Assembly: GCF_009914755.1 (NCBI RefSeq)
Contig: NC_060932.1
DNA length: 64,000 nt
Direction: 5' to 3' (one strand)
From: the human T2T-CHM13v2.0 reference genome, Homo sapiens
A program made the translations under genes and the position numbers. Shown here in pieces: positions 44,345 to 55,424 of this stretch; within the stretch, counting starts at the first letter, position 1, and each line of letters begins with the position of its first letter. Below the pieces are notes generated by a model, which saw only the letters and a list, made by a program, of their open reading frames with translations, was not told where the DNA came from and ran no database searches.

Positions 44345-47019
44345 CTGAAAGATATTTGTATTTTCATTAATTTTAGCCAATTTCATCAATTATTTTTTTC
44401 TCACTTTTAAATTTATAACTGTTTCTCTTGGTTGGTTCCTTCCAATCTCAGCCAATAAACATCCTCCATATTCCCAGGTATTAAAACAAAAAATGTTTGG
44501 CTTTAGTTTTCTTCTTACTATTGCCCTATTGTTTGCCACAATCAAGCTTCTCAAGAGAGTTGCCTACCTGCTTTACTCTATATCCTTCCCTCACATTCAT
44601 CCTTAACTCATGGCAATTTGGTGGCAATTTGGCTTCTTCCTGCTTCTCTCATTGCATCAAGGCTAACAGTGCAAAGGTCACCAATGATCTCCTAATGATC
44701 ATGCCCAGGATATCCTTTATGGCACTTAGCATCCTGTTATGGCATTCATCATGATTTGAAATGACACGTATACTGCTTGGCTCATTTACTTAAAATTAGT
44801 CTACTCCATTAAACGGTAATCTATCTGAGGACAGGTTTGATTTTGTTTAGCAACTAAATTTAACTAGTGCCTAGAATATACTAAAAGCCCAATAAATATT
44901 TATTAACTGAATGAATAAAGAAATGGAGAGATGAATAAAACCTCTGAAGCATTAAAAATTTTTTGGACAATTTTTTTCCATGAAACTTTTTCTTTTCAAA
45001 GAATCTGTAATCCCACTCTTAGTTTACTTATATCTTCACTTCCTACTTTTCAGTTTTCTTGGATTCTTGGGCTAGTCATTTAAAAGTCAACATTCCCCAG
45101 GATTTAGCTCTCTTCTCTTTTCTCATCATACTTGCTTCCTGGGAAATCTCACCCACATTTATAGTTTCAGAGATTACCGTGCGGGTTGATGCTACCAAAT
45201 CTCTACTTCCACTAATATCACTTTCTTGAGCTGTTGATGGGTAAGCAACTGCCCATTGTCCTCTTCACTTAGCAGATCCACTGCACCAAACCTGAATTCA
45301 TCATCATTCTTCATTCTCCTTGAGCCAAACTGCTGCTCCTCCTGCTTCCGAGTATCCTATGAGCAATCTCATCTACACTGCTTAGTGGTCCTACACTGCA
45401 CATTCTCCCTCAGCCCTGATACAACCAATAGCCAAGTTCTACTCATTCTTCCTAAAATTTTCTCATGGCCATTCTCTGCTTTCTGGCACTGCTGTCTCTG
45501 CCTTTAGTCTTGTTCCCCTTGATCCATTCTACAGTGGCCGCCAGATGATCTCTAAATCAGATCACTTAAAATCCTCATTTATGTCAAATCCTGCAACTCC
45601 ACATGATTTTAAGGAAAAAAGTGCAAGCACCTTTTCAGGGTATACAAAGCTCTACTTTCTGTTTTCCACTCACTTCCCGGAGCATCCCAGAAACAGAACC
45701 CACTCTGTTCAGCATTTCCTCAAATGCGTCAGAGGGATGCCTTTGCCCATGCTGTCCCAGAGCTCAGAACATGTTTTTCTTTTTTTCTTGTGGAGGAAAA
45801 AGGTGCAGGTAACTCCAACTCATCCATCAAGATTTGGACTAAGGGTCTTCTCTGTCAGATGGTTTTCTCTGAGCCTTATAGCACCCTGGGCATGCCTTTT
45901 CATGACTCACAACATAAAATCCCACCATTTTTCTTTTGTTGGTCTGTCCTAGACATTCTGAGCTATGTAAGACAGTAGGGTCCAATCTTTGTCCTCTATT
46001 TCCTCAGTTCCTAACACAGTGTCTAACACACAGTAGGTGTTCAATAAATGTGTGACGAGTGATAGATGACTAGAGTGGCATTTGTTAATATTCAGACCTA
46101 AAATAATTAATTTGAATATTGGACTTTTATGTTTCACTTATATGTAGTAAAGGATTTTCTAAGGGCTCTTAATTAGTTGACCAAAGCATTATAACTTGGA
46201 CACATGGAAGTAGCGTCTTCTAACAATTATCATTCAGGCTGTCTGGAAGTTTTAAACTGCTGCTTGATCAATGTTAAAGATTGGTTAGTCAACTCCCTAG
46301 TTACTCCCCACACTACTGACTTTTTTGGCTATAATTTTTACTCATATACATGTACTAAATTTTACAGAAATATATTAGAAAATATATGACATGCTCATTT
46401 AATGATTTTTACTGTGAAACAAAATGGCTTACTGAGCCATGGGTAGACATAGATACGGCTTCAAATAAATAGTGTTATAAATCATGTACCACAAGAGTAA
46501 AATCAGTCACTTCCCTCAAAGTTTATATGGGACAGCCAGATAGATATCAAGTGCTAGACAGTTAAGTTAAAATACTACCTCCACCCTGCACTCAGGAAGA
46601 ATGTTCTTAGCATATTTGTCTGTTTACTTTCAAGGTTGTCTATGATTCTATGATTGAATAAATGTAAATGCAACTAAAACTTGCTAGATTAAATGAAATG
46701 TGATTTAGTGATTTTAAAATCTATCTTCTTTAGAGCAGTAAATAAACTTGGCATCATTAGCCTTATGAGGATCAGCATGCTTACCGGTAACAATTAGGTA
46801 CTTATTTTTAAAATGTCACCCCACTTAATTATCTCTCCCTCTTTTAAGCCTCATGATTATACCAGTGACATTTCTTCAGGGGAGGCTTACTTTAGGAAGG
46901 ATATGCTAATTGCACCTAAATCCTTTTCCAATAGATAGCTTTTGAAGAAGATCTACTCAGGTGTTAGTATATTTACTTAGTATTTACCTCTTCTTTCTGC
47001 TCCCACCCCCCCAACCAAA

Positions 47020-50000
47020 ATGGCTAAATCCATTTATTCCAAAAGAAAAAGCAAAATAAACAGAAGTTGCATCACCAGGGCACCATGACCCCATCCTTGC
47101 CTCCTTTCTCTGTCCCGTACTATCAATAAAGAAGTTTCCCAGTCCCAAATAATTACTAGAACCTCCTCCCCATGTACCAGCTTCAACCTCCTCTATGTAT
47201 GATACAGGGGGTGGCCCTACCCTGGAATATACAAAATTTTACACAGATAGAATATGTACACTGGGGAAGGGGAGCCACCCCCAGCAGCCTGTTCTCTTGC
47301 CTGGTCTACATTTAGCCCCATTGTCCTGCCTCAGCTGCCTCTCTGAGTAAGAAGATGGGAGCCCCCGTGAAGGAAAAGTTGCTTAGTGAGTCAGGCCATC
47401 AGGGAGGCCACCAGGCCTCCTGCAAATAAATCAACCCTATGAGCCTCTGGCTCTTAAATAACAACATAATCATCCAGAAATTAAGGACTCAGCCCTGGCC
47501 AAGGTGGCAAAGGGTCTGCACTTGTTTGTCTCCCCCCATCACACAGGGGTCTTACCTTGCTCCTCTAAGGATAATGGGGTGACTGGGAAGGGGTGGTAAG
47601 GACCTGGTGGGGATGGAGCCTCTGGCCCCACTTCTCCAAGCTTTGCTGACAGTGGCCGGCTTTTAGATGATGGTGATCTTCACCTCATTTCTTGTCAGCA
47701 TGATAGAAAAATGGAATGCAGGGGTTGCTGCCCAAGCCTGGGTGCTCCTGGGGGTTCTGCATCTCAGGAAGCAGTTGCATAATCTGCTGTGCAGTGGGAT
47801 TGTCATGGGGAGAACCCTCCCTGGCCTCTTCTTGTGCAGGCTCCACGCTGTGGGCGAGGCTCATCTTGCAAAGATCACCCTGTTTGTTGGCAGCCCCGAG
47901 CTCCTGTGGGAGCTGGGGCACCTGGAGCGGGCTAATCAACAGGGTTCTTGGCAGCTGCCAGGAATTTGCCATGCCACTTGTTGTGGTTGCCCACAAGCCG
48001 CAACACCAGCTCCTGCAGCTCCTGTAGCTCCAGCAGCTCCAGCAGCTTCACCTTCATCTCCTCCTTGTCCTGGGCCAGGCTGCTGATGTATTCCTTCTGG
48101 TGCCACGTCTTCAGCACTGACCTCTAGCTCTGGTACAGTGTGATGTACTTTCCTGCGGGAGGACAGGGTTCAGACGCTGGGACCCCTCTGACCACCGTGC
48201 AGCTCCCCCTGCCATGCCCTGGCCTCCCCCTCACTGATGACGTCTGTCTCTCCAGACAGCTGGATGCAGCGACGTTCCAGTTTTTCCATCTGCTCCTTCA
48301 GGTCCACCTTCTCCTGCATGAGCTCCATAAAGTGGCTCTGCAGCTTCTCCATGGCCCCCTGCAGGGCCCGGTGGGCCTCCCCACACACAGAATCGCCTCC
48401 AGTCCCTGGGACTAGGGCTGCTGCCTCTGGCTCCTTCTGGACTGAGGCCACCAGGTGAGCCAGACACTGACAGCCTGACAGCTCACCCTTTGCTCCTTCA
48501 GCTGCCCACGTGGCCATGCCTGCTCCTCCTCGGCACTGGCCACAGCTGAGTTTAAAAATGCCACCATGGCCTCCCGACTCTCCAGTTCCTCCGGGATGCT
48601 TGGCATGAGCGGAAGCGCCTCCTCCTCACTGTCCAGTCCATCTCCTTCCCCATGGAGAGCCATGAGGGTCAGCTGGGCCTGTGGCTGCTACTTCTGCTGG
48701 CTGGTAGCTTCCAGGTGCTCCTGGGTCTCCTGCAACCCTTGGCAGGCCATCTTGGCCACGACTTTGCCCTGAGCTTCCTCCTGCTGCAGCTGGTCTATGA
48801 GCTGGGTCTGCAGCAGTAACTGCTTGTGGAGCTCCTTCTCATAGGGCACCTGCTGATAGGTGGCCACATACTGCTGCAGGTGACCCAGGTACTGATCTCA
48901 CTACTGCTGTAGACTCTGAGCCTCTTGGCTCTTCAGCTCTACCATCTCCTTCAGCTCACCCAGCTTCTCGCTCGGCTCTTTCTTGATGTGCTGCTCCGAC
49001 TGTGGTGTGCTGGTGATCTCCATGTTCTCATTGTTCAGCTTCATGAAGCCAGTCTGCAACTTGGCCAGCTGCTCTTTGAGCTCACCATTCTGGAAGACTG
49101 CATGACTGATGGTGGTGAGGTCATTCTGCATGGTCTCCAGGGTTTGCCTGTGCACCTCCACCTGCTCCTCCCAGAGCTCAGCCTTCTGCTCTAGCTCCAG
49201 CAGCCTCTCCTCCTGCTCTTGGTTCAGGAGACTCAAGCCCTCATTGTCTTGCGCCTGGGCTTGGAGCTGTCCTGCCAGACCCTCCAGCTCCTTCCGCAGG
49301 TGCTCGGCCTCCACTTATAGCTGCTGCTCCACCTCAGAGGGCCCTGCTGGGGGCTCCAGGAGCAGGGGTTCAGCGATCTGTTCCCTCAGTTTGGCCAAGC
49401 TGGTCTCCAGCTCCTGTACCCGAGTCATGCTGTGCTCCTTCTCCTCCCTTAATGTGTGCACCTGCTCTGACATCGGCTGCATCCTCTGCTACCGCATGGC
49501 CCTCCCTCCTTTCAGATTTTCAGTATATTGGTCTTTCTCCATCTGTAGCTGTTTCAGCAACTCCATAACCTGCCCCAGGTGTGCTTCCAGCTGTGCCTGC
49601 TCCTCCATGGCCTGCTGTAACTGCTGGTTAGCATCAGGGGGTTCACACTGGCTTGAGGACTATTGAAGCAGGAGCTTGGCCTCTCCAGCTTCTTTTGCAG
49701 ATCCTCCAAGTTGAGCTGGATTCCTGACTTCTCTGTCACTAGGACTCAAATTTCTCTTCTAATTCTGAGTTCTGTGGCTTCAGATCCTCATATAACTCCA
49801 GCCTGAGGGCATCTCTCTCCTTGGTTAACTCTTTGTTGTATTTGTGTCTTCTTCTGCTATGTAGAGACAGCAGAGAGAGCCCACTCCAACTCTCCCACAC
49901 GCGCCAGGAATACTGCAGGCAGCTGGCCAGATCCTTTGACTCTCCTTCAAACTGCCTGGCAGCATGCTGAGTGTAATACAGAGCTGTCCATAACTCTGCC

Positions 50001-50803
50001 TTCTCGGACATGAGGATCCCTATGGTCTGAATTTGAACCTGTAACCACTCCCTTTGGCTCCCTGCTTTCAGTTGCTTGCTTTCTTTTCTTCTTCCAGTTG
50101 ATCCAGAATTTCTTGGTTTTGTTGTTTCTCCAGATCCTTCAGGTTAGCAGATGATGCAGGGCCCTCCCCATTGACAAAGGATGTAGACTCAGAGGCAAGA
50201 CAATTGAGCTGTTGAAGAGTTGTCCTGGGCTCTTGATCAATGAGAAAGTCTTGGTTTCATCCATGAGATTGGGACCAATGTCAGCATCATGATTCTGAGG
50301 TGCCGCCATGCTAGTGAGACTGGCACCAGGGGAAGAGACACCACCAGCTAACATGGTGTCATGAGCAGACAGTTGTAGAGGAGAAAGCATGGTCTTTGCA
50401 CATATCCTCAGGTGAATGGCAACCACCAGAAGTGGTTGTCTCAGGATTGCTGCCATTTTTCATTTTCTCCTTTTTTGCTCTTGTACCTACACCAGAGTTG
50501 TTTGTATGCTGATATTCTCTCAATGTTTTCTTGGCCACAGCCAATTTGCTCTGTAGGGTTTCTTCAGACATCACAGGCAGGGTGGGAGGTGGGGTTGGGG
50601 CCATATCAGCACGATCCTGGCAACCACTGCTAAACACATCCAGTCATCTACCGGGCAGATGTGCAACTGATCCAGAGGAGAGTTAACCAGGGCCACACTA
50701 GAACGCAGAATAGGGTGTGGTCTCAATGCTCCAAGCCCATTGGTCAATGAGAAAGATGAAAGGGAAAGGAAGCATGGCCAGGTGGCAGCATGTCCAGAGG
50801 GAC
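47020..50803 (-). pseudogene. GOLGA2P1: GOLGA2 (GM130)-like processed pseudogene, near full length with 5' leader and 3' UTR; probably the locus named GOLGA2P1 (name from memory)
   Basis: Collinear fragments MSEETLQSKL (ATG at 50571), [59 protein letters not shown] and terminal EVKITII* (TAA 47665-47663); many frameshifts and stops; introns removed except one; AATAAA at 47038-47033. Confidence 0.9.
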
Positions 50804-52200
50804 GATTTTTCTCATGCATCTGTACAATGGAATTATAGGATTGTTGGGCTCTTGCTAGATTATATTGATTCTTATTAGCTCCAAACTGCACTCTGGCTTT
50901 GCCTCTGACTAAGATGGCATTTATTTGCATAATGACCAATTCTTTTGTGTAGGCACAGCTACAGCCCTGTTTTGTGAGAAGTTCCATACACAGTGCTCCC
51001 CCATCCAATACATATCCTCCTGAGAGAACAGGTAACACCACTCGAACAAATGGAGGATAAAATGGAAAATTGTCCTGCTACCCTCCAAAGTCTATGAATA
51101 CCAATACTAATAACTTGGCAATTCAGTTTAAGGTCCTCTTCATAAGGCCAGTTAGCTCAAGGCAATAACATTCTTCCCAGGCCTCTTAAGAAATACTCCT
51201 ACCCCAGAAAAGGCCCTTCTTTCTGGTGTTAGGAGCCATGGTCCAGAAACACAAATCCAGTAGCATTTCAGCCATTTACCTCTCAGATCGCCTCCTCCCT
51301 AAAGTTCTACTTTCCTGGGTTTTTTTGTGTTTTGTGTTTGGCCTTGGTTCTTCATTCGTTCCCCCATATGAGTCAGTAAAAATGTAGCCATTAGCAACTT
51401 CAGTTAATATATAACAGATTCATACTTTAGGACGACAACCCAGTTGACAACCACAACAGTTTCTTAAAAGACATGTTAAACAAAATATATTCTATGCTTT
51501 CTTTTTCTTTTTTGATCTGAAGATCATTGTGCAAAAGACTATCAGGGTCGACCTTCTGCAGTTTAACATGCCAGTCATGTACTGTCATTTACGAGTTCCA
51601 CTGAATAAATCCTTTTCAAGCAATATTGCTTTGCTTTTGCCAGAAGATAAAAATCATGTAAGAGTTAATTCTCTATCAGGAAGAGGACAAAAAAATTCCA
51701 GCAGACCTGTTTTATGTTTTATAACTCCATGATCTGCATACGTCCCTGAGCTCTTTCATAAGTCTATCTGAAACTTGCACTGACCCAAACACCACATCAC
51801 ATTTAAATGGCCTTGACTTTGAGTCTTCCTAATTTTCTCTAATGTTGCCAAATTTTCTTTTTCAATTCCTTCATCCTCCAACTTTTTCCCACTAATAAGT
51901 TCTTCTTTCTTCATCTTACAGTGATTTAAGTATTTTATATCTCCAGCCATCTCTTCTTCCTCTTCTTCTGAAGTCACTTCTATTTTCCCATTCTGACCCA
52001 TGGGTAGTGGTTGATCTAGCATCTCAAACATCCAGGTGCTTAGGAAGGTTATATAATCTGCAGAGTTCACATATCAACCACTTCAATTGCTGACGAAGGT
52101 AATTGTTGTTCTCAGTATCTTCTGGACGTTCCAGAACTGATGTCAGATTTGGGTCATCACAGTCCACAAACCATATTGGTGAAAAAGATGGATAGGATTC
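50804..52200 (-). pseudogene. UBE2Q2-like (ubiquitin-conjugating E2) processed pseudogene segment lacking the first and last coding parts
   Basis: Collinear fragments [74 protein letters not shown] (catalytic Cys motif) and [17 protein letters not shown]; frameshifted. Confidence 0.9.
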
Positions 52201-52860
52201 TTGGAATCTCTAGGCACGAGAAGAGGCTCAACCCATCATGGAACAGTCCTGGCCTCCGTGGTGTCTTGTCCACAGGAGATTCGGCAATGTGTAAATATTC
52301 AGGAGACTGGCCCAGGTGCAGGGCTGCGAGGGTGCGCTGCTGTCCCCGTGCCGCCGCCGCCAACTCAGTCCGCAAAGCTGAGCATGGGGCGCCACTGCAG
52401 CTCTTTGTGAGCCTGCGCCAAGCCGCACACCGCAACCCGTATTCACTCCTTCTGATAAACAATTCACAGAAACTTCATAATTTTACACAGGACAGATGGA
52501 AGAAGTATTTTAAAATAATATTACCTGAAACAATTATAATGCAGATTAAATAATTATTCAAAGAAATAAAATCCTCGAACTGAGATTATCATTCATTCAC
52601 TCCTTCAAACATTTCTTGAGTATACTCTAAGTTCCTAGGGTAGATAAATAAGTGAATCGAATACTGTCCCTACTCTCAAGAAACTTATCCTCAGGTAAGA
52701 AAGAGAGATACATAGACAAATAGGAGACAAGAGGGAAAAGTGAAGTGTGTGGACAACCATTCATTTAATTCATTTGACAATCAATTGTGTATTTTCTATA
52801 TGCCAGACCCTGAGCTAGGTGTCTTATTCAATCTTCATAATAGGTTTATGAGGTGGGTAC

Positions 52861-53192
52861 TGCGATAGCCAGGTGGGAGGGGGTTGCTGGAGAAACTCCA
52901 ACCAGCCTGCCCACTGAGGTGGAGCCTTGGAAAGTTTGCTACATTTGCAGTAGGGAGGAGCCTGGTCCCTCCTCTTCCTGTGTGGAACCTGGAATTCGAA
53001 CAGTGGGCACAAGCACTCTAGCAGGGGGCTCTGACCTTGTGGAGGATCCCTGTTTCCCCCCTTTTTAAACCTTTTCACACAATAAAGCCCTGCTTCAGTC
53101 ACCCTTCAAACCGTCTCCGAGCCTAAATTTTCATGGCCATGGGAGAGCCAAGGACCCTGTCTTTAGCTGAACTAAGGAAAAGTCCTGCAACA
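52861..53192 (+). mobile_element. MER61-like ERV1 solo LTR
   Basis: TG..AGCCAGGTGGGAGGGG start, TTTAGCTGAACTAAGGAAAAGTCCTGCAACA end, perfect 4-bp TSD GTAC (52857-52860 / 53193-53196). Confidence 0.8.
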
Positions 53193-55424
53193 GTACGACT
53201 ATTCCCATTTTGGGGGATGAAAAAGATTGTATTCAATAAAAGGGTAAGTTTAGTTTCTTCAAGTTAATGCTATTAGCAAATTTCAGAAGTGAAATTTGAC
53301 CCCAGACTGTTGGTTTCTACTACTTCATAATTAGCCTAATCGATATTTAACACAATTAAATAACAGAATTATGAGTAAAGTGTAGGAAACACAGAGAAGG
53401 GAGTGGTTTTCTTCAGATTGGTTTATAAAGAGCAATTGAGAGGATTAAGTACCAAAAGCAGTTGATTATAAAGGAAGGCCTAATTGACATTGTAACTAGA
53501 TGACACTGAGGATTTCTGTGAATTTTGTGATTGGTAGGTTTAGCAAAGGGCTGTGCATGTGAGTGTCTCTTATCTAAATAATCTTCACTGTCATTTCCAA
53601 CTCAATTTCTGCTATCTATAAAGGAAATTACATACAAGAGACTTTTTGTTTGACTGCGTTTCAAAATTCTGTTATCTTTGTAGCACCACTTTTAGGAGCA
53701 AGATTTTATAAATAAATGCTGTGAAAAACTTGTAAGGCCTCCTGGTTTCTATTGTAGCTGTTAGCACCTCAATCTGTTGTCTGTTACTTGCTTATTTTCC
53801 TTCAAGGCCTTGGGGAATTCATATTTCCATCCTCCAGTTATGGTGCATTTATTTAATAAATTAAGTAGATGTATCTACCTAGCAACTGTAAGTATTTAAT
53901 AAATGTCTCTTGAATGAATGATTCAGTGGTGTTACCAATGGTAGCATGGATAGCTAAATATGAGACCTTCAGGTTGGGTACTCAATGTGCATAGTCTTCT
54001 TACCAAAATGTCATCAAGTTTCAAAGGCTGCAGCTACTTACTCTAAATTAAAGAAACCATTAAACTTCTTTTGAACAAACAAAGCAATTATTTCCTGCTC
54101 TATATTTGTAGCTTATGATAATGCATTTTAAATAGAGCCTGTTGAGTGTGTTTTTTACCGGTTATTTTTCTTGGTTTTAACACTTCATTGTGTGCAAAAG
54201 CCTCTTAGAAAATTGAAAATAAAAGTCTCCCTTTACTGATTTTGTCATTTTCCATTTGTCAAACATTGATTTTCTCCCCCCTTGTGAGTCTAATGGAGGT
54301 TGAAATTAGTGTTCCTTTTGTTGTTGTTTACTTCTTATTTGTACACCGTCATCACCATTCATCAAGCTGCCAGGTTGCTCTGGGGATGGTGCTGGTGATT
54401 TAACTAATGCTCTAAAGTCTGCACAAGGAATTTTTTGAATAGACTTTTGGCATAGCTTTGGCTTTTGCCTTTAGTATTTCTTTCTAGGAAAGATTTCAAA
54501 TATAGAAAACACTTCCCAGAAAATGACAATTATTTTAAGGAAGAAAAAAATATTCAAAGCTATTCCTTTCAGCTTTTTGATAATTTAAGACCTTCTGAAG
54601 ATTCAACAGAAAATATTAAGGAGATTAAGCGACCTAACTGTCTTCTTCAAAATTCTACATGGACCTAAGATGCCATATAGGCAGTCAGTCTGCTCTTCCT
54701 ATTGTGATATTGGAGGACATGTTCTGTGCAGCCCTTGCTGAGCCTTGGGAGGAGGATGGCACACTGGCCACAGTTGGAAAGGTAGCTTCCTTCTAGTTAG
54801 CTGGGGAAGGGGCTTGGGGTAGTGGTTATAAGACTTGGGTTTGTGCTTGTGAAAACACATTTTTCTGTTTCTTAGATTGATTGGATTGACAATAAACTTC
54901 CCTCAACACTGAGAATAAATCCAGGAGAAGATAATTTCTCCTAAGGGTAAGAATGCTAATTTCTTAGGAAGGGCACTGCATTTGATCATGAGAAATAGGA
55001 TGTGATGAATTTGGCAAGTAAAGAATAAAAAGATAGACCTGTAGATGCCATATTCATTAAAAAACAAAACACCAGTGGAGGTGTTCTACGTACTTGTGAT
55101 TTGCCCATATCTGTGAGGGGTGTGGCTACCTCTCTGTGGTTTGGCTGTATTGATGGAGATATGGATGGCTCATTGCTCTTTCATTCTCTTACCACACTGA
55201 ATAATAGTATATTTTGCAATGGTGGAAATCTTCTGTGCTGTCCACCAGACACATGGTTGTTGAGTTCTGAAAATATGAACAATGTGGCTGAGAAACCTGA
55301 ATGTTTAATGGTATTTAATTGTAACTAATTCAAATTTAAATTTGAATGGACATATTTGCCTAGCGGTCACCATATTGGACAGTGCGGTGAATCTATATTG
55401 ATTAAAATGGTCATGACCATATAA

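Noticed and set aside
48005-48050. 9-nt tandem expansion giving [13 protein letters not shown]
   Set aside because: Ordinary slippage in a dead coiled-coil sequence.
48901-49314. 137-aa golgin ORF as a possible functional gene
   Set aside because: Bounded by a frameshift upstream and TAG TGA stops downstream; a fragment of the decayed retrocopy.
47667-49666. Long plus-strand ORFs (139 aa, 185 aa and others) over the golgin region
   Set aside because: Antisense shadows of CAG/GAG-rich coiled-coil codons on the minus strand; Ser/Cys-rich with no independent homology.
50569-50573. TGATG stop-start overlap resembling a termination-reinitiation signal
   Set aside because: Explained by CpG decay plus a 1-nt deletion in the golgin CCC GCG ATG context, and the downstream golgin frame is broken.
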